A stretch of DNA of 49,484 nt, from contig JBGSVZ010000117.1 of assembly GCA_041752695.1 (NCBI GenBank), positions 1 to 49,484 of the forward strand, written 5' to 3'. Below, in pieces: positions 1 to 8,873 of this stretch. Each line of letters starts with the position of its first letter. Positions within the stretch are counted from its first letter, which is position 1. Source of the stretch: Terrimicrobiaceae bacterium. Its GTDB lineage: Bacteria; Verrucomicrobiota; Verrucomicrobiia; Chthoniobacterales; Terrimicrobiaceae. Position numbers and translations under genes: made by a program. The notes below the pieces were generated by a model. That model was not told the origin of the DNA. It searched no databases and saw only the letters and a list, made by a program, of their open reading frames with translations.

Positions 1-140
1 GCCGCCGCTTCTCCGGCGGAGTTTGCACCCGACCAGCCTCGTCCACTTTTAAGATTTGCGTAGATTCGTTCATAGATGTCAGAACGGAATCTATGACGGT
101 TATTCCCTCATCGGACAGAGGCGGTCCGTGTGACGCTTAC
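1..140 (-). mobile_element. Left end of an IS66-family insertion sequence (element continues off the window)
   Basis: The minus strand from 140 reads GTAAGCGTCACACGGACCGCC; GTAAGCG is the characteristic IS66 terminal inverted repeat start. It is followed 67 nt later by a TnpA-like ORF. Confidence 0.75.
2..73 (-). CDS. tnpA: IS66 accessory protein TnpA, 5' fragment (runs off the window)
   Basis: ATG at 73 gives MNESTQILKVDEAGRVQTPPEKRR, resembling the ILKxDxxGRVxTPxExR N-terminus of IS66 TnpA-type proteins. It lies just inside the putative IR. Confidence 0.7.
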   Translation of the reverse strand, partial: MNESTQILKVDEAGRVQTPPEKRR

Positions 141-338
141 CAACATACAGAGATTCGTAGCGGACGTTGCCCATATTGACCCGATAACCCTTGGTAGAAT
201 AAGATGGTACGAAACTGGGGCGTTGGACTCACTCTTATCCAGCCGGGGATCGGAGTTGACCCGCAGGATCCTTTCGGGACTGGAATTGGCTTTTGATTGG
301 ACGAACCTCTTCCGAGTGTTCAGGGATTTGCAGGAATA

Positions 339-911
339 TCAGTTCCCAAAGGTATCTTCAGTGTCATGGCTGTGGACAATGGGCATTTCAATGGGCGTAC
401 GGGCGGATGCGAGCAGCAAGGCTGCTGTTGTGGCCGTCAACAGTCCGATCATGCTCAGTAAGGCCGGAAAGACCCAGGTGCTGAATACCGTGGGAAAGAC
501 CACCCGGTCGGCTCGTGTTGGGTCGTAGTAAACCGGCAACCAGTTGGGAAGCCCGTCGGAATCCAAAAGTGGAAAGGCGGGCCGCAGCACTGCCGGACTG
601 GGCAGGCGGACTTCAACGGGTGATCCGTCGGCTTGCTCGATCAAAAATGTATTCCAGAAGCGGTAGCTTCGGTCGAAGCGCTCGACGGCCGCTGCGACGG
701 CCGCCGGGTTTTCCAGCCTCATTTCCGGCAGCCCGGATTTCTCTTTCATCACATGGTGGGCCCGTGCATCGACCCTCGTGCCGGTGGCCATCACCAAAAG
801 TGAAGGCACCAACTGGCTGAGCCCCAGAGCCAGCACAATCAGTCCGAAGAACAGCATGCCGATCTTTTGTGGCACGTGGCCGGGTACATAAATTTCGTGG
901 TGTGATGTCAT
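339..911 (-). CDS. Hypothetical membrane protein, 2 TM segments flanking a soluble domain (DUF3592-like architecture)
   Basis: 190-aa ORF with hydrophobic N-terminal and C-terminal segments and VYYDPTRADR before the last TM. Its ATG overlaps the TGA of the MFS gene (ATGA, 908-911). Confidence 0.75.
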   Translation of the reverse strand: MTSHHEIYVPGHVPQKIGMLFFGLIVLALGLSQLVPSLLVMATGTRVDARAHHVMKEKSGLPEMRLENPAAVAAAVERFDRSYRFWNTFLIEQADGSPVEVRLPSPAVLRPAFPLLDSDGLPNWLPVYYDPTRADRVVFPTVFSTWVFPALLSMIGLLTATTAALLLASARTPIEMPIVHSHDTEDTFGN

Positions 912-3400
912 TCCGTGGCCTCCGCTTCCTCAAGCCCCCACTTGCGAATCGTCCCTTTTCGGTTGAGCCGGTAGAAGACCATCGTGATGCCGAGCCCGAC
1001 AAAGCTGAGCAGGATTGTCAGCAGGTTGCCCGCCATGTAATCGTATTTGATCGGGGTGTAAGCGGCGGTCACATGCGGACGTGCCAGCGTGAGCCTCTGG
1101 GCGGCCAGCGCGGGATCCAGTTTCTCCATGAGGCGATGAGCCACCCCGGCATTCGGCGAATCGGATGGTACGCCGAGGTCCCAAAGTCGGGTGGACAGCG
1201 AAGGCTCGGGACTGGCCGGGGCGTCAGGCTCGCCGACCACTGCCACGATCTCGATGGCGCGCTCGTTTCCTGGCATGGCACGTGCGCCGGTGAGGGGAAA
1301 CTCGCCGTGGTTACGGAGTGCCCTGCCGACAGCCAATACGATGGCATCCGCTGTCGTTTCGGCTCCGAAAAGGGCCTGCATGTGGCGCACCATTCTGGTT
1401 ACGGGAGACATGCGGTGCGGAACGGGCTCTTCGATGGTTTCCACCAACAGACGAATTCCGCCCGTCCGGTGAAAAACGGGTTCATCCTGTCCGATCAAAC
1501 CCGCGTCCTTTTCCAGCAAGGCACGCAGTTGGCCGAAAGCCTCACCTGCCTCGTGCTTTCCCGTGGCGAGGAAGGCTGCTTCGACCGTTTTGCCTTCGCT
1601 GATCACCCGAATATCCACCAGGCCGGGGATATCCTCCCGAGCCCTTGGAAGAATCTTTTCGATCCGCCGCGCCGCAGATGGTGAGGCCAGCGGAAACGTC
1701 GCCAGAGTGATTTCGGGAAAGTCGATGCCTCGCAGGAAATCGGCTGGCTTCGCCAAACTGTTGATAAGCACGCGGCTCACCCATTGTGAAACGGCCTCGG
1801 AACGTCTGGCCAGCTCACCGCTCAGGCGGTCGCTTTCCTTTCGGAGAGGATCTATGGCCGCCTGCAGCTTGTCGGCCTGCTCGCGGAATCGCTCTGCACC
1901 GGCCTCGCTCCCCGCACGGGCCTCGATCTCCGCACGGTCCATGGCCGTCCGCTTGTGTTCGATCAGGGGGTTCAAGTTCCCTGTGACCTCGCGCAGCTTA
2001 GCCGCCAAACGCTCACTGTCTGGATTCTGGATTCGGATTTCCAAACCCTTCCCGGCTTTCTCAACCATGCCGTTGGCGTTCCAGACATCCACATGGATAC
2101 GGCCGGGCACGGGCGCGGATTCGTCCCGTGCAGCCGCATCCTCCAGATGCTGCCGAATCTCCGCACCCGCTACGGGCTGGCTCACAACCACGCGAACCAT
2201 CTCGCCTGCGGGCGGTTGGAACAAAGCGGCATACCATACAATGAACAGTCCGGCCCCATTGACGGCGATCAGGTTGGTGAGACGGGTAACAAGCTGCGCT
2301 CCCGCCACATACGTTCCCATTTTGTTCCTTACCACGTAGTCGTAAATCAACGGGGTGTAGATTAGACCTGTCAGAATTCCTGTAATCGACATCATCTCGC
2401 CGAACAAAATGATCTCAAGAAGTGTTGGCCGTCTGTCGGGCAGGATGAAATGGACGTAACAGTAATAGGAAATGCTCAGGCCGATCGAAACCAGGATCAG
2501 AACCTGGTAGGCGCGCAGGCGATCCAGGCGGTCCGCTACCAGAGTGAGGATCGCGATCAGAAAGAGATTTAACACCCCGCCAATCGCGATGTTTGTCCCC
2601 ATGTCCTGCTTGGTGTAACCCCACTGGTCGGTATAGAGCAGTGCTCCCATTGGACCCGTGGTTGTCTGGAGAACAGCAGCTCCGAGAATTAGGATGTAAA
2701 CAGGAAGGAGTTCCCGGTCCGTGAGACCGCCGAAAAACGTTTTTAGGCTTAGCCTTTGACCGGTCAGGCGGCTCGGCTGACGGGTTTCCTTGATCCCAAG
2801 GGCAATCAAAAGAACCACCGCTACGGCAATGAGCCCCGAACTCCAATAGATGCCTGTCTCCCCTGTCACGTCGATCCCACCCATGAACTTCACATCGTCG
2901 AATCGACCGAAAATGAAGAACATGAAGGTCAACTGCGCGGCCTGGTTGATCCAGAACATCACACCTGTCGCCCGGCCCCGCTGCCGCGGCGGAACGATTT
3001 CCTGCTTCAGCGGCTCGATCGGACTGCCAAGATCCAGGCAAATTCCGAGAAGCAAATAGACCACCACCAAACTCCAGAAGTTCGGCGTCAACGGCATCAG
3101 GAAAAAACAAATTGCCGTCCCTGCGAACCCCGCCAGAACAAATGGCTTCCTTCGCCCGTATTTCGTCCACACCCGGTCGGAAAGAAAACTGGTGATCGTG
3201 ACGACCACCAGGGAAAGTGCTGCGGGCAGGCTCAGGACAAATGTCAGGGCCGCGGGATTCTCCAGGAATTTTTTCAGCGAGAAAATCACCACATTCCCTG
3301 TGACCTGGGTGCTGATGGTCAGTGCCGACCACGGCAACATCGCCAACAGCATCCAGCGAAACGGGATTTGTTTTTTGCAGGTGACAATCACGGTCCCCAA
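908..3400 (-). CDS. MFS transporter (sugar/oligosaccharide type) with a large insertion before the last TM helix
   Basis: Contains the MFS motif-A-like SDRVWTKYGRRKPF, plus EIVPPRQRGRATG and ADRLDRLR. About 11 hydrophobic helices lie in the first ~395 aa, then a ~390-aa soluble region and a final TM helix. TTG start, uncertain. Confidence 0.85.
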   Translation of the reverse strand: MGTVIVTCKKQIPFRWMLLAMLPWSALTISTQVTGNVVIFSLKKFLENPAALTFVLSLPAALSLVVVTITSFLSDRVWTKYGRRKPFVLAGFAGTAICFFLMPLTPNFWSLVVVYLLLGICLDLGSPIEPLKQEIVPPRQRGRATGVMFWINQAAQLTFMFFIFGRFDDVKFMGGIDVTGETGIYWSSGLIAVAVVLLIALGIKETRQPSRLTGQRLSLKTFFGGLTDRELLPVYILILGAAVLQTTTGPMGALLYTDQWGYTKQDMGTNIAIGGVLNLFLIAILTLVADRLDRLRAYQVLILVSIGLSISYYCYVHFILPDRRPTLLEIILFGEMMSITGILTGLIYTPLIYDYVVRNKMGTYVAGAQLVTRLTNLIAVNGAGLFIVWYAALFQPPAGEMVRVVVSQPVAGAEIRQHLEDAAARDESAPVPGRIHVDVWNANGMVEKAGKGLEIRIQNPDSERLAAKLREVTGNLNPLIEHKRTAMDRAEIEARAGSEAGAERFREQADKLQAAIDPLRKESDRLSGELARRSEAVSQWVSRVLINSLAKPADFLRGIDFPEITLATFPLASPSAARRIEKILPRAREDIPGLVDIRVISEGKTVEAAFLATGKHEAGEAFGQLRALLEKDAGLIGQDEPVFHRTGGIRLLVETIEEPVPHRMSPVTRMVRHMQALFGAETTADAIVLAVGRALRNHGEFPLTGARAMPGNERAIEIVAVVGEPDAPASPEPSLSTRLWDLGVPSDSPNAGVAHRLMEKLDPALAAQRLTLARPHVTAAYTPIKYDYMAGNLLTILLSFVGLGITMVFYRLNRKGTIRKWGLEEAEATE

Positions 3401-3459
3401 TCAGCGGGTTTGTTCGCAGAACACCGCAACGCTCCTGGACGGGGGCAAAATCGACGCTC

Positions 3460-3685
3460 CGGACTTCCCCGCCAGACCTCTGACTTTGGTGTGCCGACCA
3501 CGGCCGACGGGTTTTCTTTTGGTAAGTCCACGTTCCTCACGCGATCGCCCAAAAATCTTTCCTGTGTTCCTGGCCGTTTCCGCGTTCGTCACCAAGGATC
3601 TTAAGGAGGAAATCAACGCCGTCCGCCAAACCTCCAGTAATTCCGAAGAGTTGAAGGCTTTTGCGCTGAACGTCGAAGAATTCAC
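3460..3685 (-). pseudogene. Decayed prepilin-type gene, paralog of 8064..8783
   Basis: AFNSSELL...LRSLVTNAETARNTGKI aligns with AFSLVELL...AGSMLTKAEMARDTGKM. After a frame change at ~3553, FLGDRVRNVDLPKEN aligns with FVGGHARVVDFAKEN. The middle of the gene is deleted. Confidence 0.75.
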
Positions 3686-3732
3686 TGATTTCCCAGTCTG
3701 GCAAATGAAGGTGCCGCAGCAAATTCCGACAT

Positions 3733-3748
3733 CTTCACTCGTTTGAAT
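3733..3748. promoter_or_regulatory. Putative LacI-family operator CTTCACTCGTTTGAAT
   Basis: Imperfect CG-centred palindrome at the position equivalent to the 8832-8847 site in the intact divergon. Confidence 0.55.
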
Positions 3749-3808
3749 TCTTGATGATTTTTAGGCGGATTTTGTCTTTGGTAGTTGTCGTCGGCCCCCC
3801 TGATATTC

Positions 3809-4570
3809 ATGCCTGAAGCCTCGACTGCACCCATTCGTTCGAGTGATCTTGCCTCTGTGGTGGGGGTTTTCGACCAGCGTGGTGTCCTGCGCGCTCAATG
3901 GAGAGCCTACGATGTCAAAGTAGACCAGGGAGTTCAGGAACTTGCTGCAAAGATGGGTTATGAGCCGAATGCCGCAGCGCGTTCTTTGAGGAAATCCGGA
4001 AGCCCGGAGCAGTCGACTACATTTCGCGGCACTCTCGGCTATCGGATCTCTACGCACGCGGATGCGCAAATGCGAAGGAAAGAGGGAAGGGAGAGTTTTC
4101 CCTGGAATTTCGAGGTCATTCATCGCGCTCGGAGGCTGGGTTACTCGCTGGACATTTTTGTGGCGAATGTCGGTGGGAAATCCTGCCGCCTTAACCGCGT
4201 TCTCCGTGCCAGGGGCGTCCGTGGGGTAATTATTTCCGCGTCGCACCACGATCCCCGGGACTATGAGATCGACTCGAAATTTTTTCCCGCAGTCGGCCTG
4301 CATGCCCATTCCTCGGCCCACTCTCTTCACAACCTGAGCGTTCCCTACTTCCAAGACACCTACGATGCGGCGAGGCATCTTCTGGCCAGAGGCTACCAGC
4401 GCATCGGCTTCCTCATGGTTGGCAATGTGCTGGATTCCTTCTTGGGTGAAAGCTTAGCCGCTGTACGGTGGATTCCCTGCATTCAATGCTTACCGACAAT
4501 GAAATCGGCCCGCCCACCCATCCGGTCGACATCCGTTTTCGTGCCCACTGGGCTGACGGCTAAACCGTTG
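3809..4570 (+). pseudogene. LacI-family regulator pseudogene, paralog of 8874..9983
   Basis: The middle is clearly homologous (QELAAKMGYEPNAAARSLR...GFLMVGNVLDSFLG). The HTH is broken by a +1 shift at ~3868, TAG at 3921-3923 in the ancestral frame and a 4-nt deletion at ~3930. A ~250-nt deletion lies at ~4448, and a C-terminal relic VDSLHSMLTDNEIGPPTHPV...WADG ends in TAA at 4561. Confidence 0.85.
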
Positions 4571-4641
4571 GATGCCCAAAACAATAACCTTCTCGACAAT
4601 GCCTTCGGACAAATCGGCAGGGTTCGACGTAGAAAAGCCAG

Positions 4642-5367
4642 CTATGGTGGCAAATTTCGAAAAGTACGATCCGACTTAAAGAACATCCGCTTTACGGTGT
4701 AGGCCTCAATGCGCAAGAAAGTCCAAAACTTTGCCCGCAGCGAGCCCTTTTCTTTCCGGTCGCCCGCCCGGTTTTTCGATGGATAGTGGATGTGGATGCG
4801 AACCGGTTCGTCGAAGTCCCGCGGCTCCATTTTCTGACTGGTCGTGAGGCTCACCGGCTGTTCGAGAAGGCTGAAAAATGAATCCGTCAGCATGAGATAC
4901 TCGCCTTCGGGGACCGAGTTCTTTAGCAAACGGTGGACGAGAATAACATCCTCCCCTGCGATCTCCTCGTATTGGCGGATTTGTTTCAGAAGAATGGTTC
5001 CGGTGTGAATGATCACCTTCAGGCGCAGGTTGCTGGCCTCACCGCAGGCCTCGCAAGCACACATAGAACACGCGCTGACAAGGTTCTCCTCTCGAAGATT
5101 GAACGCTTCAAAAAAGACCTGCACCTGTTGCAAAATCATACGAGCGCTTTCGACTGTCTCCTCCGGGCTTGCAATGGGAGAATAGAACAGGGCGGCGTCG
5201 CCTTCGAGCTTGTTAAGAATCAGGGGATGCTTCGCCGCGTCGATCACGGATTCCAGAAGGTCGGTGATGATCTGCTCGGCATGAATCAGGCTCATCCTGT
5301 GAAGGCGAATGAATTGAGTGTAACCGCTGATATCCGCAAGAACAAGGTGGGCACGCTGCAATTTCAT
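4642..5367 (-). CDS. DUF2652-domain protein (nucleotidyl-cyclase-like)
   Basis: Motifs LADISGYTQF, NKLEGDAALFY, LKVIIHTG and GEDVILVHRLLKN. Start placed at MKLQR. Confidence 0.8.
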   Translation of the reverse strand: MKLQRAHLVLADISGYTQFIRLHRMSLIHAEQIITDLLESVIDAAKHPLILNKLEGDAALFYSPIASPEETVESARMILQQVQVFFEAFNLREENLVSACSMCACEACGEASNLRLKVIIHTGTILLKQIRQYEEIAGEDVILVHRLLKNSVPEGEYLMLTDSFFSLLEQPVSLTTSQKMEPRDFDEPVRIHIHYPSKNRAGDRKEKGSLRAKFWTFLRIEAYTVKRMFFKSDRTFRNLPP

Positions 5368-5856
5368 AAGATTCAAGAAGTGACGGCGGAGCCCGGCGGG
5401 CCTTTCACGGATGGCCCAATCCCCTTCCAAAGTCAAAAGTTTGCTTCCAGATGCCCATACGCGGCTGCTTCGGAGTCCATCGTGGCTGGCTCACTCGTTT
5501 CGATGCACCCGGCCTTGTCCGTCCGTTAAATTCCGAGAGTCCGAGCGTGAGATCGCCATGGACAGCAGGAAACGGCACGAAATGAGTGATCAAATCTGGA
5601 GCACTCGATTTGCTCAAACCTTGGTCGGAACGATTTAGAAAAATCTACCAACGAATAGGACGGCTGAGCGTGGATCAAGGGCGAGGCAAGAAAGTTCACT
5701 GGCGTGCGAGTGGACAAGGACCGGGCGTTGGCTAGCTGATCATGTAACCCTCGACTACCGCGGGGTTGAGGCGTGGCGCGATTTCGACTTCCCAAATTCG
5801 CGAATCATTCGCCAGGCGGGGGGGTGAACGTGCCGCCTTTGCTTCGGATCACAATG

Positions 5857-7974
5857 CTAACCGAGAGAGCGAATGCCCGGGGCGATCGTGAACAGTCGAC
5901 CGGCATGAGGGCCGTTGGTCTTTGTGGTGGCATGGCCTGCTTCATCACGGGTGAAGTGATGCCATGTCCTTTGTGCCGGGTCGCGGAATTCATAGGTGGT
6001 ACCATCATCCTCGTACAGTTCGCCGGATGAGGCTTTGCGGCCGTAGGCGACAAGCTCCACCCTCTGTGGTTTGTCATCATGGACGCATTCAACAACATCG
6101 CCGAAGGGGATGATCGATCCCGAGCGCACAAAGACCGGAACCTTTGCCAAGGGGACATCCTCAAGGCAGATCACCGCCGGGCCTTCCTGAACAAGCCCGG
6201 TCTCGAAGTCGTGCCATTCGCCAGAGGGAAGGAAAACATCACGGCCCTTCTGAACCGCCGTCAAAGGGGCTACGAGAAGTGACGGCCCGACCATGAACTG
6301 GCTGTCGCAGGACCAAGATCGGAGGTCCTCGGGAGCTTCCAGAAACATGGCCCGCACGGGTGGAATTCCGTCAAACGCATACCGCGCAAATGCAGTGTAG
6401 AGGTAGGGAAGCAGCCGCATGCGCATTTCGAGGACTTGGCGGACCATTCTCGTGACGCCGTCCCGCTGTTCCATCGATTGTCCTTGCTGGTTCAACTCTG
6501 GATCGATCTGCTCCCAAGGCGGACGAGGGATGTACCACGCATTGATCATGCTCAGTGCAGAAAAGACAACGCTTTGCACGCGCCGGACCAAATCTTCGGA
6601 CGATGAGGCATGGCGGACTTCGGGACACCAGAGAAGGCCGGATGTTCCCGCATTGACCATTCCTCTCAAGAAATCCGCGTGGTCATAGAGATCGCTGTAG
6701 AGAGCATAAGGTAACGGAGAGGCCAGCGCCCCGGATGAACGGACGAGGTCGAAATGACGTTGGTTTTTTGACCGGAATATGTGATGCAAAACCCTTTGGT
6801 AGAGAACCCCGTAAAGGGAATGCATTTGTTCTCCATCCGCCCCGCTGGGAAACGCCGTGTATTCAGGAAATGACCAGGCAAACGGGAGAAAATCGCCGTT
6901 ATCACATTCGTCAAGTTTAAAGCCAGCGACGCCTTTTTCCACCAATTCCCGCTCATGATGTTCCGCGAAGATCCGGTCGGCGGCGGGGTCCAGAAAATCT
7001 GGCACCAGTCCGTCCGTAGCCAACTCATCGGCGCAATGAGGTCGGATCTCGCAGGCAAATGGAGCCTCGGGGTGGATGAAGGCGTTTTCCCAAAGGTTCA
7101 GACGATAACCCTCCTCTTTCAGAGCCTCCGTGAATCCGAGTGGGTCGGGGAAGCGGTTCCCCCAGACGAAGGAATTGGGGTAGAACTGCGTCTGCCAGCC
7201 CGGTTCCAAACCGATGACATCAAACGGCAGGGACTGGGAACGAAAGTCCCGTGCCAGGGAGAGGACCTCATCGGCCCCGTGATCCGCAAAGGCCCGATAC
7301 CAATTTCCCAGAGCCCAGAGCGGGGGCAGGCAGCCGCCGCCCGAGAAGAGGATGTAACGCTGGAGGGCCTCAAGAGGTGAGGGTCCGGCAAAAACATAGA
7401 TAGCGATCCCCGGAGCGGCCGGGACGTCCACCACCACCCTGTCTCCAAACGCGGCGGAACGGTAAAGCTCATGCGGAGACAATTTGATCTTCGAGCCCTT
7501 CTGGAGCACGCGTTCGGGGAGTCGGGAGAGCGGTGCGTGCGTGCCGACGTAGAAACTCGTGTAGCGGGCCGTGTCCACGAAAACAGCATAACCCTTGGTG
7601 GAAACATAAAATGGAACGGGCGCATGCGAATCGCCCTGATCCAACACTGGGTCCGCATTCACCCGCAACTGCCGCTTTTTGCCGGATTGCAGGTGGCTTT
7701 TCAATTGGAGGCCAAACCCGAAGATACCCTCCTCGACCGAATGAGGCAGGGAAACGTTGCAAGACCGGGCGGTGAGCCTCCATTTTAGCGCCGAAAGATC
7801 GAAGGGCGGATCTGCGGGGCCAAGTCTTTCCAAGCCAACGCTGTCCGGGCGGGACTGCCGGACGCTTCCAGGGGTGATCGACTCCGGCGAGCCAAACGTG
7901 GCCCGCCAGATGCCGGGATGGAGGGATTCCACGGTGTGGACCTCGCGAAGTGGTGTTGCGACTGCAGATGTCAT
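5857..7974 (-). CDS. Glycoside hydrolase family 31 (alpha-xylosidase/alpha-glucosidase-like)
   Basis: VPFYVSTKGY, LPPLWALG, GVAGFKLDECD (nucleophile region), RLLPYLY, QFMVGPSLLVAP, LYEDDG. No obvious signal peptide. Confidence 0.9.
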   Translation of the reverse strand: MTSAVATPLREVHTVESLHPGIWRATFGSPESITPGSVRQSRPDSVGLERLGPADPPFDLSALKWRLTARSCNVSLPHSVEEGIFGFGLQLKSHLQSGKKRQLRVNADPVLDQGDSHAPVPFYVSTKGYAVFVDTARYTSFYVGTHAPLSRLPERVLQKGSKIKLSPHELYRSAAFGDRVVVDVPAAPGIAIYVFAGPSPLEALQRYILFSGGGCLPPLWALGNWYRAFADHGADEVLSLARDFRSQSLPFDVIGLEPGWQTQFYPNSFVWGNRFPDPLGFTEALKEEGYRLNLWENAFIHPEAPFACEIRPHCADELATDGLVPDFLDPAADRIFAEHHERELVEKGVAGFKLDECDNGDFLPFAWSFPEYTAFPSGADGEQMHSLYGVLYQRVLHHIFRSKNQRHFDLVRSSGALASPLPYALYSDLYDHADFLRGMVNAGTSGLLWCPEVRHASSSEDLVRRVQSVVFSALSMINAWYIPRPPWEQIDPELNQQGQSMEQRDGVTRMVRQVLEMRMRLLPYLYTAFARYAFDGIPPVRAMFLEAPEDLRSWSCDSQFMVGPSLLVAPLTAVQKGRDVFLPSGEWHDFETGLVQEGPAVICLEDVPLAKVPVFVRSGSIIPFGDVVECVHDDKPQRVELVAYGRKASSGELYEDDGTTYEFRDPAQRTWHHFTRDEAGHATTKTNGPHAGRLFTIAPGIRSLG

Positions 7975-8063
7975 CAATTTTGTGGCGTTAGAATGGAGGA
8001 AGCCTCTGGGCACCGACAGCTACCCAAAGGCCGACGTTGCCGCCTCCTCGCGAGAGCCCCTTC

Positions 8064-8783
8064 TTAAAAGTTCCGCCTCCACCAGCCCGCAGGATCCGTC
8101 TGGCCGTCGGCGCTGGGCTGATTTTCTTTGGCAAAGTCCACCACCCGGGCGTGACCTCCCACGAAGAGGACCAGCGTTTTGCCGAGAAGGGAGGTTGTCG
8201 CATTGTCCTTGATCATGCTGTCGTAGATGGGATTGGAGTGGCTTAGACCGCCCCACACGTAGGCACCTTCGTGGACCGGGAGATAAACTCCCGTGTAAAG
8301 GAGAGGGCGGTCGCTCACCTCTCGCAGTTTAACTTGGGTTACGGAATCGATCTCCCAGGGAGGGGGCGCAGGTTCCCCGGGTACCTGCGCCTTCGGAGGA
8401 AACAACCCGTCGTTCAAAGTGTAGGAGCGCGTCGTCTGTCCGACCGAACGGCCTGCCGCAACAGCCAGGGGCTTCGTCTTCTTGGTCCAAAGAGTCGAAT
8501 TCATCATCCGCATGGCGGCGTCCGCACCTCCCGCATAGTCATCCACCTCGGTGCTCCCGGAACGCAGGATGTCTGCGGCGGAAACGGTATTCCGCTCCGA
8601 GATCATTGCCGCCAAGGCCGCCGAGTAGCTCCGCATTTTCCCGGTGTCCCGTGCCATTTCCGCCTTGGTCAACATTGATCCCGCCAATGGAGCCACCGCT
8701 GCCACCAGAACGGCCACAATGACTATACTCGACAGCAACTCAACCAAACTAAACGCACACACGGAGCGGGAGGAGATCTTCAC
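8064..8783 (-). CDS. Prepilin-type N-terminal cleavage/methylation protein with a degenerate H-X9-DG-type C-terminus
   Basis: GTG at 8783. The class III signal A|FSLVELL is followed by a hydrophobic helix; SYTLN lies mid-protein; the C-terminus has GKTLVLFVGGHARV. Confidence 0.85.
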   Translation of the reverse strand: MKISSRSVCAFSLVELLSSIVIVAVLVAAVAPLAGSMLTKAEMARDTGKMRSYSAALAAMISERNTVSAADILRSGSTEVDDYAGGADAAMRMMNSTLWTKKTKPLAVAAGRSVGQTTRSYTLNDGLFPPKAQVPGEPAPPPWEIDSVTQVKLREVSDRPLLYTGVYLPVHEGAYVWGGLSHSNPIYDSMIKDNATTSLLGKTLVLFVGGHARVVDFAKENQPSADGQTDPAGWWRRNF

Positions 8784-8831
8784 AGCATCCGCACGTTGCC
8801 ACCAGGATTCTGCCTTGCAAACCCGCAGAAT

Positions 8832-8847
8832 ATTCACACGTTTGAAT
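8832..8847. promoter_or_regulatory. Putative LacI-family operator ATTCACACGTTTGAAT
   Basis: 14/16 palindrome with a central CG, in the short divergent gap between the pilin-like gene and the LacI gene. Confidence 0.7.
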
Positions 8848-8873
8848 TCTGGCTGGTGTTTTTGGAGGCAATC

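Noticed and set aside
130..528. 132-aa + strand ORF
   Set aside because: It starts inside the IS66 end, overlaps the 339..911 gene in antisense and has no recognisable motif.
3785..4702. 305-aa ORF as an intact LacI regulator
   Set aside because: It is open only because of compensating frameshifts. The HTH is scrambled and the C-terminal part is deleted and out of frame, so it is called a pseudogene.
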